A stretch of DNA of 64,000 nucleotides from Octopus sinensis (GCF_006345805.1 NC_042998.1:91016001-91080000), one strand, 5' to 3'; numbered from the stretch's first letter, positions 38,315 to 53,304 are shown. A program made the numbers and translations. The notes: generated from the letters alone by a model not told the origin.

Positions 38315-39928
38315 TTGAAATAGCATGGAAACTAAATTGATCTGGTCATCGTAATCTGTCAGATAAAGCGAGGTGACCTTCAGAATGTAGCAGCTGAACT
38401 GAATTGATAAAAAGTCAGTCAAGATGAGACAAGTATTAATATGCGTGCGTATGTGTGTTTGTGTTTATGTATGTGTGTGTGTGTGTGTGTGTACGCGAGC
38501 ATGTGTGCAATCGATTTAGTTACTTAAATACCAGGATGGTAGAGTATTTCATGATTGCAATAAAAGTATTCTTCTTTGACACTCTTAAAATGCGTCATCG
38601 ATATTTTGAGCTTCGAGACAAATTGGGGATATACCCGCAACAGATGAGAAACGAAATGAGTTGAAAAGAGTAAAGCAAAGAGAGAAGGAAGTCTAATATC
38701 CAAGGATGTTAGCTATAATCAGCGCAGCCATGCATATAACGAACGACTATTAAAATCCATTAAGATAAGGTCTTGAGTTGTGAGAATAGATGATTTCTAA
38801 GTTTTCAAACAAATCGCATAAAAAACAAAGCAAAACACTAAACAAGTATTTTAGAAGGTATATATACGAAAAAAGATCTGTATCCGAAACGTTACAACTC
38901 ATCTATTCTTCCGGCAGGCAATCGTATTATTTTAATGCCGTAAGAGTAACTGAAGAAGGTACATAAATATTTAAGTTAAAGTCCCATAAGGATTAATTTT
39001 GCCATTCATTTTTCTGACGTTGAAAACAGTCGAATATATCGAGTACAAATCCAAAAAGTACCTTTGAGCCTTTTTTTATAAAGCAAATAGAAATAATCGC
39101 TGTTACTAGTTTATCGCACATTTTCGACGAGATACGTACGTACATACATACATACATACATACATACATACATACATACATACATACATACATACATACA
39201 TACATACATACAAATAAATACATATATATTTATAACACACACACGTGCATATATACATATATTTCAATTTTATTTCCTGATGAAACGGCTTCATCTATAT
39301 CATTTAAAGTAATTATAATTATAATTATAATTAATTAATTATGCATTCCTGTATATGAAGTAATTACATTAAAGAGGACGCTCGTATTTCAACCGTTGAA
39401 ACAGCTGTAACGAATCCGATTTAGAATGCTGGGACATAGCGCATGTATTTGCTGAATTTTGCAAATCTCATTGCATTATACTGAGTTTAGTTTCCTACTT
39501 ATGCGCTGATGCAGTATAAAGAAAACACCGTATGAACTACGCACCATAAAATGCATATCAGCGTCAAATCAAACATGTTTATACAGTGAAAGTGAGCTTC
39601 ACTAGTTGCCTTGTATTAAAGAGTTTGTTGCTTTAATATCTATCTATCGTTGAAATTTCGTCGAGATCATCATATTTCCGCCCCCACTCCCCTTTTAATT
39701 TTCATCTGTTACTTGCTTCAGTCGTTGGTTTGCGAACATGCTGCGGCATTGCCCTCAAAGGTTTTTAGTCGATCAAATCGACCCCCATTACGTTTTTTGT
39801 TAATCTGGTACTAATTGTATCGGTCTGTTTTGCCGAACCACTAATTTACAGAGACGTAAACAAACCAACACAAGTTGACAAGCGGTGAAAGGACAGACAC
39901 AAACAGACACGCATACATATATGGAGGA

Positions 39929-40257
39929 GACCCCCTTCGGTCATGAATGACCATGAGATTTCACCTAGAAAGTTGTCCTCCGCGGCACAAGTCCGGGAAA
40001 GATTGCTTGTGGAAGGCCAGCAGTCGCCCATGCATACCAGCCTCCCCTCTCCACGCCATCTGTGTCATCCAAGGGAAAGGCAAAGGCCGATATAGCTTGG
40101 CACCAGTGATGTCACAATTCATTTCTACAGCTGAGTGAACTGGAGCAACGTGAAATAAAGTGTCTTGCTCAAGAACACAACACGCAGCCTGGTCCGGAAA
40201 TCGAACTCACAACCTCACGATCGTAAGCTCGACGCTCTAACCACTGAGCCATGCGCC
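39929..40257 (-). mobile_element. SINE family C (tRNA head ggcgcatggctcagtggttagagcg + CORE-like + tail ending gaccgaagggggtc)
   Basis: A- and B-box-like head on the minus strand; second copy at 51644-51969, degenerate copy at ~24640-24910. Confidence 0.85.
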
Positions 40258-40704
40258 TTCACACACACACACACAAATATATATATATGCACATGTATAT
40301 ATATATACAACAGGCTTCTTTCAGTTTCTGTCTATTCCTCTGACAAATTCCACTCACAAGGTTTCGGTCGACCCGGGGTTATAGTAAAAGACACTTGCTC
40401 AAGATCCCACGCTGTACTATTGAACTCGAAACCATGTGGTCGGGAAGCAAGCTTTTTACCACACAACCACGCCTGTATCTTTATGAATCTACATTTTCGC
40501 ATTTGTCTTTCTCGATGTAAACTTGGCGAATTCAATCAAGGTATACGTAAGTACGAGCGCGCGCACGTACACACGCACGCATGCTCGCGCGCATGCACTT
40601 ATCATCCTTCGTTGGTTTTTATCGAATGAGAGCAAAAATACCCAATACCGTAGCAGAGTGTTATAGTTTATTTTAGTAATAAGAACCCATCGGATCATTC
40701 AATA

Positions 40705-41802
40705 CGAGTTGGTATCAAAACATTTCTGTAGGGCGCCAAAAGATGGCAGCACACGGTTGCGTGTGCAATGAGAGCTAGCAGTGACCTTTATGAGGCAGTG
40801 GTGCCGAGTGACATCGCTGTGTTTACTTCGCAAGTTGGTGAAATTTGTGTTTTTGTGATCACGTGTATACTGTAGTCTGTGATTTTGTCATTGAGAGGAA
40901 GAAAGGGCCAATGTGAAATGTTGAGTTAAACCTGGGAAGTCTGCTACAGAGATATTGACTATGCCTCAGTAAGCTTACGGTTACGGTGACGAGGCAATGG
41001 GTCGTGCGAAACGTTTCGAGTGGAACAGGCGGTTCAAAAGCGGAAGAGCTGCCATAAGCGTCACCCCCAGAAACGTGGTATTGTGCATCGAGCTGGCAGA
41101 AACGTTAGCACGCCGGGCGAAATGCGTAGCCGTATTTCGTCTGCCGTTACGTTCTGAGTTCAAATTCCGCCGAGGTTGACTTTGCCTTTCATCCTTTCGG
41201 GGTCGATTAAATAAGTAGAAAAGTTACGCACTGGGGTCGATATAATCGACTTAATCCGTGTGTCTGTCCTTGTTTGTCCTCTCTGTGTTTGGCCCTTGGT
41301 AGTAAAGAAATAGGTATTGTGCATCGAGAATTCGTCCCCCAGGGCTGAACCGTCAATCGAGATTTCTACTGCAACGTTTTGAAGCGTTTGAGGGAGGACA
41401 TTCGGAGAAAGCGACTGGATCTGTGAAGTGCGAAGAATTGGATTCTTCACGACAGACGTTTCCCACCCATGAGTTTCTTGCCAAAAACAATATGGTATCG
41501 CTTCCACACCCGTCCTAGTCGCCAAATTTAGCATCTGCGGACTTCCATCTCATCCCCCAGAGGAAAATGCAGCTCAAAGGTTGTCGTTTTAACACCGTTG
41601 TTGAGATCCAGAGCGAATCACAGAAAGTTCTCGACTCGTTTACGGAACAACTTCGGATTCCAAAAGTGGCAGGAACACTGGGACCGGTGTATTGCTGCGC
41701 TGCGCAAGATGATTATTTCGAAGGAGATGATGTTAAAATTTAGGTAAATTACTTAATTTTTATTAATTATAACTAGTCCAGGAGCCTTTTGATACCACCT
41801 CG
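40705..41802 (+). mobile_element. Internally deleted mariner relic with nested SINE-A
   Basis: TA|cgagttggtatcaaaa ... ttttgataccacctcg|TA TIRs; transposase remnants GIVHREFVPQG*TVNRDFYCNVLKRLREDIRRKR and PS*SPNLASADF. Confidence 0.9.
41089..41318 (+). mobile_element. SINE-A inserted in the mariner, with target duplication ggtattgtgcatcgag
   Basis: Direct repeat at 41077-41092 and 41313-41328 overlapping both SINE ends; removing the SINE restores the GIVHREF reading. Confidence 0.9.
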
Positions 41803-42742
41803 TATGTGTGTGTGTATGTGTGTGTGTGTGTGTGCGCGCGTGCGTGTGTGTATACACAAACATATGCTGCAACAGAGCTAACGATTTGGGATGGTCTTTG
41901 GACCTAACAAACAAGTACACAGACAACAATTATTTCCTGCTGTCATCGATGCACTCACACTAGTTGCAAGAGCTAACATGGGTGCCTCTATGCTAGTGCC
42001 TCTACCCGAGTGACTCTATATTTAAAACAGTAGCCAAACCTGACTTAAATAAAACCCTATTGTTGTTGCTTGTGATTAACTCCAATTCAGCTTTGATCGA
42101 ACAGATACATGATGAAAGTACTTCAGCGGGGACCATACCACCTTGATTTTTTTTTTCATAGTACACATTGGATTAACCAATGTGTACTTTCTTTAAAGAC
42201 AGCTCAGTGTGAATTTACGAAGATCTGGTAGCTACTATTCCTAATATTTCGACTGACCATGTAGAAAATTATGATTAGAGCAGTGTTTTAATGGGGTTGA
42301 ACTATGAAGGTAAAAATATTAAAAAGGGAGGCAAAATTGCTGTAATGTTTAATAAAATTACGATTGACAAACTCATGGTTTTAAAATTTTAAAATTGCCT
42401 ATTACCATAACGAAGAAAGAATATTAGACATACAATAGAGAGGCAAATTTTCATATCTTTTTTCTGTGGTTAGGAAGAGGGCTGATATTATGAGTCAGAG
42501 AAAAACTCATTTAGAGTCAATGTACAAAGATCAATGGTGTCCATGGTAAAAGAAATGAAAAACGGTTTTTTCGTAAAGTGGCCATTTTAACATGATATTA
42601 TTGACTGAATACATCACCGGTCGTTTACGAGCAATATATGATTGACATAATAGTTCTGAAATAGACAAATTACATACATATATACATACATACATACATA
42701 CATACATACGTGCGTACCGAAAAACCTATATTTTATTGTATG

Positions 42743-42845
<103 letters not shown>

Positions 42846-42917
42846 ATATATGTATGTATATATCTGTGTGTGTGTGTGTGGGTGGGTAATTGTTTGTGTG
42901 TGTGTGTGTGTGTATAT

Positions 42918-43106
42918 AGTTAATCCAAACATGGTCAAAGAGAAAACACAACAACGCGAGGACGTGGAACATGTATAGTGTTATTGGACGCTCAGGAAAG
43001 GAAAGGAAGAAGGAGGATTTAACGTTTCCTCAGAAATGTAGAAAAAAAGAATGGTCCAAGGAAGGGAAGACGGAGAAAGAAAATCGCCAACGATACACAC
43101 GCGGTC
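42918..43106 (-). mobile_element. Solo PLE pLTR (same family as 9048-9248) with hammerhead stem II deleted
   Basis: aacgtttc[~14 nt missing]ctcagaaa at 43021-43036. Confidence 0.75.
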
Positions 43107-43117
43107 ATATATTGAAT

Positions 43118-43213
<96 letters not shown>

Positions 43214-43481
43214 TATATTGAGTACTCAACAGGTATTGAGTAATATTATTTAACGTTTCAGTTATACGGGTTTAAAGGTATGTGACGACGAGATATTGAA
43301 TTACGCATAGCATGGTCTAATACTGACCGAAGCTGAGTTTATCTTCGTTGGTATGTATGTATGTATGTATGTATGTATGTATGTATGTATGTATGTACGT
43401 ATGGATGTATGCATGTATGTATGCATGTTTGTATATGCGTATGTGTTTGTATGTGTGTCTGTGTGTATGTTTGAACGTATG

Positions 43482-43530
<49 letters not shown>

Positions 43531-43624
43531 GTGTGTGTGTGTGTGTGTATGTGTGTGTGTTGTGTGTGTGTGTGTGTGTGGTGTGTGTGTGGTGTGTGTG
43601 TGTGTGCATATATATATATAAATA

Positions 43625-44025
43625 GGCGCAGGCGAGGCTGTGCGGAAAGAAGCTTGCTTTCCAATCACATCATTCCGGATTAAGTCCCACTGCGTGGCAC
43701 CTCGGGTAAGTGTCTTCTACTATAACCTCAGGGTGACCAAAGCCTTGTCAGTGGATTTTGTAGACGGAAACTGGAAGAAGCCTGTTGTATATACATATGA
43801 ATATGTATGTATTTGTGTTTGTGCTTGTGCCCGCACCATCGCTTAACAACTGATGCTTGTGTGTCTACGTTCCCGTAACTTAGCGGTTCGGTAAAAGACA
43901 CCGATAGAATAAGTACTAGGCTTACAAAGAATAAGTCCTGGGGTCGATTTCTTCGACTAACACCCTTTAAGGCGGTGCTTCAGTATGGCCGCAGTCAAAT
44001 GACTGAAACAAGTAGAAAAAAAGAA
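43625..44025 (+). mobile_element. SINE family B, full composite copy
   Basis: Colinear with 23512-23878. Confidence 0.8.
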
Positions 44026-44126
44026 TATACACACATGCATATAGTTGTGTGCATTTATATACGCACGCATATACACGCGTACATACGCACATGTACATGT
44101 GTATGTGGGGAGATATATGTGTGTGA

Positions 44127-44164
<38 letters not shown>

Positions 44165-44551
44165 TATGCATGTATGCATGTATGTGTATGTGTGTGTGGG
44201 GGGGTGTCTGTGTATGTATATACATATATATATGTGTGTATGCATTTTATACATATATGCAGATATATGTGGGCCGTTTTTGTAAGTGCGCGCGCGCTGG
44301 TGTATACACGTCTTTATCTTTCACTTTTTCGGTCATTACATTGCAGCCATGCTGGAGCACCGCCTTTGAAGGATTTTAGTCGAAGGAATTAACCCCAGTA
44401 TTTTTTTTTATTATTCTTAAAGCATGCTATGTATTCTATCCACCTCTTCTGCCTAACCGCTAGGACACGGGGATGTAAACGCACCAATAAAGGTCGTCAA
44501 GCGATGATGGGAGACAAACAGAAACACAAAGACACACACAAACGCACGCAT

Positions 44552-44604
<53 letters not shown>

Positions 44605-45608
44605 TCTCTCTCTCTCTCTTTAATGTAGGATACAATTTTTTCGAAAAAAATTTTTTTCAATGGCCAGCATATTAAAAAATACCTTCAAAGGTTAAATTTA
44701 TAAACATGTATATATATATATATATACCATGGGATTCTTTTCAGTTTCCATCAACCAAATGCCTCGAGGCTATAGTAGAAGACACAAGGTACCACGCAGT
44801 GGGACTGAACCCGGAACCATGTGGTTGGGAAGCAAACTTCTTACCACGCAGCTATACAGACACACATATGTGTGTATATATAATATATAATATATAATTT
44901 ATATATATATATATATATGTACACATGTATATGTGTGTGTGTGTGTGTATGCACACACGCACATGTATACATGTGTATGTATGCATATATGGCGTGCATG
45001 GAGTGGCAACAATATACTATGTTGCATGCAAGGAAAATTCATTAAAATATTAATGTAAACAGCAAGAATCAGGATAATGGTGTTGTACACAATAATTGTT
45101 TAAGGTAGATTGGACTCGTAAATCAATGTGGATCATTTGGGATGACGAAGAATGAGAAGAGTGCGGCAGTTTTGACCAATGGTGTCATCAGCGTAAACCC
45201 GCAATGTAATCAGCCAACAGCAGCAGCAGCATCGTGGTCATCATCATCATCATCATCATCACAATCATCAGCCACAGCAACAGTATAAACAGCAGCAGCA
45301 GCAACAGTGTAAACAGCGGCAGCTGTGATGGTGCGACGGCTGGGACCGGTATAAAACTCTTGCACTGTACCGGCTCGCACAGTCTGCATCTCTCTCACAT
45401 AAAGATTACATTGTTGTCTGCGTGAGGCTTAAGGACATTTGCGAGAACTATTTAGAATATAAAACCAAGAAAAACAAGTTATAAATATATATATATATAT
45501 ATATATACATACACATATAATATAAATATATATTTATTTATTCATTTATTCATTCGTAATATTACGTAAACAGTGAAGTCATCTTTTACATCATCATGGT
45601 AAGGAAAA

Positions 45609-45680
<72 letters not shown>

Positions 45681-45682
45681 AA

Positions 45683-45897
45683 GGCAGCGAGCTGGCAAAA
45701 TCGATAGCACACCGGACAACATGCATATCGGCATTTCGTCCGTTGCTACGTTCTGAGTTCAAATGCCGCCAAGGCCGACTTTGCTTTTCGCCCTTTCGGA
45801 GTCAATAAATTAAGTACTAGTAAGATTCTGGGGTCGATGTAATCGGCTAGTCTCCTCCCCAAAATTTCAGGCCTTGTGCCCTCTAGTAGAAAAGAAT
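45683..45897 (+). mobile_element. SINE family A after an (ATT)n tract (45608-45680)
   Basis: ggcagcgagctggcaaaatcg head and the conserved family A core. Confidence 0.8.
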
Positions 45898-46174
45898 ATT
45901 ATTATCGATGTTGTTTGCTGGGTGAATGTCAGAAAATGGCCAGTGTTAAAGGACCCATTTTGAGTATGCACCTGTGAAAAATAAAAGGGTTCTTGCCCTG
46001 TTGGTCAAGCACCCGAGGCTTTTGTGGGGTTTTCCAGGAGTAGCCTAAAAGTGCCTCCCCCTATGGGGAGTTTTATTTGTTTAATTTTATTTTTGTTAAC
46101 ACGTTTTAAAACCCTTTGTATCGTCCTGTTTTGTCATTTCATGTTGTTTTTATGTTAGCCCTTATGGCCATTAA

Positions 46175-46181
46175 AAGAATA

Positions 46182-46239
<58 letters not shown>

Positions 46240-46490
46240 GAGTGAGAGAGCAGCGGATGCCATCAAAGTGACACTGGGGTAAAATATTCGAAGCCCAATA
46301 TACCCATCATGACTACCCATCTGATAAGGGTACACCAGGCACATGCATCACAACCATATGTGCGCGACATGGTGATCTCATATCAAGATAAACAGCTCAT
46401 GACCTTGTAGGTGGGGCCCAGTTAGAATTTTCTTCAGGTTGAGTAGCCCATTCCGCTCAAAAGGTCCCTGAATAAGGTTGTTTAAGGGGG
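46175..46490 (-). mobile_element. Probable LINE/SINE 3' end with (AAT)n tail
   Basis: Mixed-sequence block abutting a long (ATT)n tract; family not identified. Confidence 0.35.
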
Positions 46491-47033
46491 GGGGCGTTAA
46501 AATAAGTACCACTTATTGAACAGTAAGGTCGATGTAATCTACCAGACCAACCCCCACCAAAAAAAAAAAAAAAAAAAAAATTCAGGTCTTTGTGCCTATT
46601 TTAGAAAGAATTATTACGTTTCCACTTTCATGAATAAATTCTTAGTAACTCTGTTTGAAAATTAAAGAGTTTCTCTCTCTCTCTCATACACACACACACA
46701 CACACACACGCACGCACTGCATACACACATGTGAACATTAGCATGCTAATTCCTTTATATAGATGTACTAACGAGAATAAATTGGTGATAAGTATGTATG
46801 TAAATATATGTGTGTGTGTATGTGTCTGTGTGTGTGTGTGTGTGTGTGTGTAAGGCGTCGAGCTGGAAGAAACGTTAGCACGCCGGGCGAAATGCGTAGC
46901 CGTATTTCGTCTGCCGTTACGTTCTGAGTTCAAATTCTGCCGAGGTCGACTTTGCCTATTTCGTGTCTTATCTATATGTCATATCTATTCGATCTTATCC
47001 ATCTCATCTACCTTAACTTGTATCGTATCAGAG

Positions 47034-47072
<39 letters not shown>

Positions 47073-47121
47073 ATTTTGTATACGAATATATATACACCCA
47101 TACATACAAATATATATCTAC

Positions 47122-47232
47122 GTCACTAAATGTGACTAGGGTGTTAAGAAACACCTACATTGCTAGAAATGCAAGCTTTTCATTTCTCGCAATTTAGGTG
47201 TTTTTTTTAACACCCTAGTCACATTTAGTGAC
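47122..47232. repeat. 111-bp near-perfect hairpin (fold-back MITE-like)
   Basis: gtcactaaatgtgactagggtgttaa ... ttaacaccctagtcacatttagtgac, with inner pairing acaccta/taggtgt and agaaatg/catttct. Confidence 0.85.
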
Positions 47233-47292
47233 AATTATAACTCTCTTTTGCAACCAGCTGTTTATGTGTGTGTGTGGTGTGTGTGTGTGTGT

Positions 47293-47336
<44 letters not shown>

Positions 47337-47432
47337 TGTGTGTGTGCGTGTGTGTGTGCGTGTGTGTGTGCTTACATATATATACATGTATATGTATATA
47401 TGTACATACATATGCACACGTATATACACACA

Positions 47433-47488
<56 letters not shown>

Positions 47489-47786
47489 TACATACATACA
47501 TACATACATACATACATACATACATACATACATGCATACATACATACATACATACATACATACATACATACATACATACATACATACATACATACATACA
47601 TACATACATACATACATACATGCATACATACATACATACATACATACTCCTTCCAATTCTCTATATCTCCGGGTTCCAAACCTACTGAAGTGAACTTTGC
47701 CTTTTATCCTTTCGGGGGTCGATAAGTAAAATACCCGTGATTCTACTTCTTGTTTCCTTCCTCTCTTTCTCTCTCTCCCTCTCTCA

Positions 47787-47827
<41 letters not shown>

Positions 47828-47926
47828 TCTCTCTCTCTTGTGTTTCTTTATCTCTCCCCACCTCTCTCTCTCACACACACACTCAAAGAAATCAGCTGTG
47901 TTCAAACCTGCCAGGTTTTAAATTAC

Positions 47927-47977
47927 CCCACAAAATGCGCTGAAAGTCATAACGGGCCTTTACATCTATACCAGGGT
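47927..47977 (-). CDS. Candidate 51-nt phase-1 exon (xPGIDVKARYDFQRILW)
   Basis: Acceptor ccttctttcctaag|, donor |gtaatt; only one of the three frames is open. Confidence 0.35.
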
Positions 47978-48033
47978 CTTAGGAAAGAAGGCTGTATGTG
48001 TGTGGTTATAGAAATCAATCAATCAATCAATCA

Positions 48034-48113
<80 letters not shown>

Positions 48114-48724
48114 CTGGATATGCATACATCCGTATATATGTCTGTTTCTTTAATATGTATGTATGTATGTATGTAGGTATGTAGGTAGGTAGGTAGGGAT
48201 GGAGGGGGAGGGAGTGAGAGATGAGGATATCCACTACGCAACGCCCCACCCATCTGACAGACTGTTATTTCAAATCAGCTGACTGGTCAGTGCGCTACTA
48301 GTTGTATGCTACTCACACTTAATACACATGCGCACACATCTTTTACCTCCACCAACCCACACATATATTTTGACAAAGTCACTCACACGGACCTTATATA
48401 CAAGCTAGCTAACTTGTTGGAGCTCACCAAGTTTTACGCAATAATTTCTGAATTAAGATAGTTCTTGTGTCTGGGGATTTCTAATTGTCAGTTAGAATGA
48501 ATTGTGTAACTAATTTCTCGCACGTTAATAAAATATGACATTTCCACCCGTGAGTCATAATTCATATTTGTTTACATTATTGATGCTTTTCTATGTGTTT
48601 TTATGTCTTTGTCTCATACAAATATTACAAGACATCAAAGAATTGATGTTACTAATAGAACGGAGGGTGGAACATAAGAGTAACAGGTGTGTGTATGTGT
48701 GTGTATATGTATATATATATATAT

Positions 48725-48815
<91 letters not shown>

Positions 48816-48854
48816 ATATGTATGTGTATATATATGTATATATATATATGTATG

Positions 48855-48907
<53 letters not shown>

Positions 48908-49083
48908 GTACACATACACACATATACATATATATGTATACATATACCTGAAAGTATACTCGCGTAAACATACGTGTGCACACACACACACCTGTGTATG
49001 TGTATGTTTGTATATAAGTGTAAATATACATACATATAGACGTACATACATACATACATGTGTGTGTTTTGTATGTGTGTGTA

Positions 49084-49171
<88 letters not shown>

Positions 49172-49721
49172 TGTTTAGCTAATTTTTCACAAATATTTAT
49201 TAATCATACATATAACAAGGCGTTTCTAAACTTCATGAGTTCAGCAACACTGAAAACGCATTCCAAAGTTTTCTCACGATATATATATATACACTTTTTC
49301 TATACTACACTTTGTGTTTCCTTCCAAGTCTGCTTTCACTGAATAATCTCTTTTGAAAGAAAGTCATTCTGTTTCGAATTTTGATGTTTGCTAAAGTTTT
49401 CTATTACGTCTGGAAATTTTTGTAGCAAAATTGTCTGGTTGATGTTGCAAGCAGACATCGATTGACCGACCGACAGGATTATCTTGACTTTATCCACAGA
49501 CGATAAATAATTACTTTTCCTGTGTCAGGAAACAACTTCATATTTCTTTCTTCTTTTCTATTATATTTCTTTATTTCTCATTATCATCCTTCCTCCTACC
49601 TGCCTGCCTGCCGTCTGTCTGTCTGTTTTTTCCATCCCTTTCTCCTTCTCCCACCGCCTCCCCTCTCTCTCGTACTTTTCTCTGCTTTTAATGTTATATG
49701 CGTTCATCCTATAATTTACAA

Positions 49722-49977
49722 CAATGGTTCTCAACCGGAGTCCTTGTGACCCTTGGAGGTCCACACATTTTATTATTAAAATTTCTGTGCAATAAACTGG
49801 TTATACTTCAGCATTGTACAAAATATTCCAACATTCTTTTTTTTTTTAAATACAATTCCAAATATTTAATTATGAAAATATAATAGGACCTTTCAAACAC
49901 TGAATGGTTAAGAGGGCCCATTTGAGTAAAATAAGAATCAAAGGGGTCCAATGGTTAAAAATGGTTGAGACCCACTG
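49722..49977. mobile_element. hAT-like MITE
   Basis: TIRs caatggttctcaacc / ggttgagacccactg; TSD degenerate. Confidence 0.75.
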
Positions 49978-50474
49978 GTTCACAGGAAAAGCCAATTATA
50001 ATTTCATACAGTTGTGCATGTCAGGTTAGTCTTAAACGAGCAGGTTTTGATCAAAGGTTCTCCAGACATGACTGAAGCGTTACTTTTTATTATCCAACGC
50101 GCCCTTCCTTTTTTCTTTTTAATGACTGTAGGGTGTGATTTAAGGAAGACCTGGTTGCTATTTCTAGTAAGTCGAGCGGTTGCATAAAGCGCAGTTGTAT
50201 TTCTTACGTGTTTTGAGTAGCGAATTGGTGGAATCGTTACTGCGTAGGACAAAATATCTTACGTCATTTTTTCTTTTCTGAGTTCAAATCCCGCCAAGGT
50301 AAACTTGAATTCTTCCCGGATCGATAGCATAAAATAGTAGTCACCTACAGGGGTAGATATGGTCGACTAACCTTTTACCTCAAATTTCTGGCCTTGTGCT
50401 TATTGATAGAAACTTTGTCTAAATATGCGTGCGGAGAAGAGAGCGGAAGAGAGGGAGAGAGAGAGAGAGAGAGG

Positions 50475-50559
<85 letters not shown>

Positions 50560-50696
50560 AAGAAAGTGAAGTCTCAAATACATGTAGATTTGAAAAAATA
50601 TGAAAAATATTATCTCCATGATTCACAATAGATTCTTTTTCTGTTGCTGTTACTGTTATTATTTAGGCCCTAATTGAGTGCGAGTAGTAGATTATA

Positions 50697-50910
50697 CGAG
50701 GTCTGATCAACAAGTATCCGGACTGTTGCCATAGTAACAAATCTAAAGCACGCAGAGTGAAGCCGTTTGGCAAAGATTGACCTTCAGCTTTACTGTGCAT
50801 GCGCAGTAAGTTTTAACGTTCTAGCTCCCTTCTGCAGTTTACAGAAGTGCTTGGAAGGAAGGTGTGTAGCGTGTGATCGTCGCATTGACCATGAGAAAGT
50901 TGTCGTGGCG
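50697..50910 (+). mobile_element. Mariner 5' end fragment
   Basis: TA|cgaggtctgatcaacaagtatccggactg, resembling the TIR at 40705; no right end seen. Confidence 0.6.
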
Positions 50911-51128
50911 ATACCTGCTCAGTGATCTTCTCAGGCTGTGCGCACGCGCGCGTGAGTGTAAGTGAATGAGGAGGGAATGAATAAGAGAATGCGTCAGTGA
51001 GTGAAGTGAGTGAGAAAGTGTATATGAATAGTTCAATAGATAGGTGTGTCAATGTCTGTACATATCTATATGGGAGGGCAAATAAGATTTGTTAGAGCAA
51101 AATAATTGGCATCATTTAGCTACGACAA

Positions 51129-51340
51129 GGCGGCGAGCTGGCAAAATCGTTAGGTGGACGAAATGTTTAGCGGTATTTCGCCCGTCGCTACGTTCTGAGT
51201 TCAAATTCTGCCAAAGTCGACTTTGCTTTTTATCCTCCCAGGATCGATAAATTAAGTACCAGTCAAGTACTGGAGTCGATGTGATCGATTGTTCCCCTTC
51301 CCACAAAAATCCAAGTCTTGTGCCTATAGTAGAAATGATT
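51129..51340 (+). mobile_element. SINE family A
   Basis: ggcggcgagctggcaaaatcg head plus core. Confidence 0.8.
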
Positions 51341-51643
51341 ATTTAGCACGACGTTTCACAATTTGGGTTCAAATCTCGCAAGTGTCTCCTTTGCCTTTCA
51401 TCCAACCGAGGTCGGTAAAATTAGTTCCAGTTGATGAATATTATTTTATTGATCCGCACTGCATTGTTAAAGATGCATATTTTATATTTTACACATCGAA
51501 ACAGATATATATGTTTAATGTTTTGTTCAATAAAAACAAGTCTGTAATTGATACCTCCAGTCTCTGTACAATGTTTCCTAATTTCCTTTAGCATATTAGC
51601 GTATGTATTAAAAGCATAGGTGTGACCCATACATAGGGGTAAA

Positions 51644-51969
51644 GACCCCTTCGGTTACGAATAACCATGGGATTGCACGTAAATACTTCTCCGAGATACA
51701 AATCCGGACAAGGTTGTTTGTGGAAGACCAGTAGTCGCCCATTTATATCAGTTTCCCGCTCTCAATGCCACCAAATATCACTCAAGGGAAAGGCAAAGGC
51801 AGATACAGCTTGGCACCAGCGATGTCGCAGCTCATTTTTACTGCTAAATGAATTGCAGCAACGTGAAATAAAGTGTCTTGATCAAGAACACAAACACAGG
51901 TCGGTCTAGAAATCGAACTCACAACCTCACGATTGAAAACTCGACGCTTTAACCACTGTGCCATGCGCC
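51644..51969 (-). mobile_element. SINE family C
   Basis: Colinear with 39929-40257. Confidence 0.8.
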
Positions 51970-52947
51970 TTCCTATACATATGTCAACATACACTGAACC
52001 AAGATTTAACTAATTCTAAACCAAAGAAAATAATAATGTATATCATTTATGTGCCTCATTGGTTGTTACACAACCTCAAAACGTAGGTTCTTATATTTTG
52101 CAGATGAGAAACGTTGTTTATACATCAACAGGAGACCAGCCTTATTGATTTGGGGCTAGGACGAGACACTCAATTACATTGACCATAGTATAGAGATTTA
52201 TTGGGTATTATTTATAAAAGTGGCCCCAGTTCTACCACGCAAGCATATGTTAGTATTCTTTGCCCGTACACACGACCATTTTTAGGGAGACGACAAAAAA
52301 GCAGTGATGTAGCAAGATGATGCCACCCGGGCAGCCCATGAGTTTGCAGCCCACCCTCATTACTCTGCGCAGTTATTCACGGCACATCCCAGTTTTCTGT
52401 TCCTGTTTACTACCATTCCACTTCACTTAAACCACTATTACATTTGTGGAAAAATACTAATGTCACAGCATCCCATAAAATTCCATAAGTTATTCTAAAT
52501 CGAAAACTTGTGTCCCCACATTAAAAACACTTGTATTTCAATACAATAGACAGGGCTTATACAGCAGACCCAAAAGTGTCGCCCTCATAAAAGCGTCAGC
52601 CGGAGTGGAACGTCCCCGCACCTATACCTGGCTACGCTACAGAGAAGTGTTTTTGAGTGCCAGATGAGATGGCTTTCACTATTTTATTTTATCTACGCTT
52701 TGTATCCAAATGTTGTCCGAATAAACTTTACTTTTCTTCCTATGCTGATAAAATAAATACGAGGCATGCATTAAAAGACATTCTATCAACTAAACCACTT
52801 TGCACATTTGCGACCTTGTGTCAATATAAGAAATCAATGTTTTGTTGGGTAAGAGAGCTGGTTCAGACAGCAGAGCACCATGGGGAACAAACAAAAAATG
52901 ATTAGGAAATTAATTTCAAAGTAATAAAAAGATTTAAAAGTCGTGTT

Positions 52948-52979
<32 letters not shown>

Positions 52980-53304
52980 TTTTTGTAAGAGATCATGGTG
53001 CGAGTGAATTGTTCGACCATCCAGGAACCAATTCTATAATGTAGCTCAGTATCATCCGTTGAAAAGGCAAGGGTTATAGTGTAAGAATTCAATCGGATTC
53101 GGTTATAGTTCTGTTGGGATGAGTGAATTTCACTTCATAGAGACACGAACGTCACAAATCCCATTTATTCTGTATATTTATAAAATTTAAGGATATTAAT
53201 GTCTTATCTAATGGAAATGTACGTTTATGAGTTGAATACTGATATGTAAATTTAGGATTCAATAAATCTTATTGAATACAAAATGTACAGATAATAGTGG
53301 CTTC

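Noticed and set aside
39929-40257. tRNA genes in SINE heads (also 23512, 13465, 51969)
   Set aside because: A/B-box-like heads continue into SINE bodies, with no acceptor stem closure or Pol III terminator.
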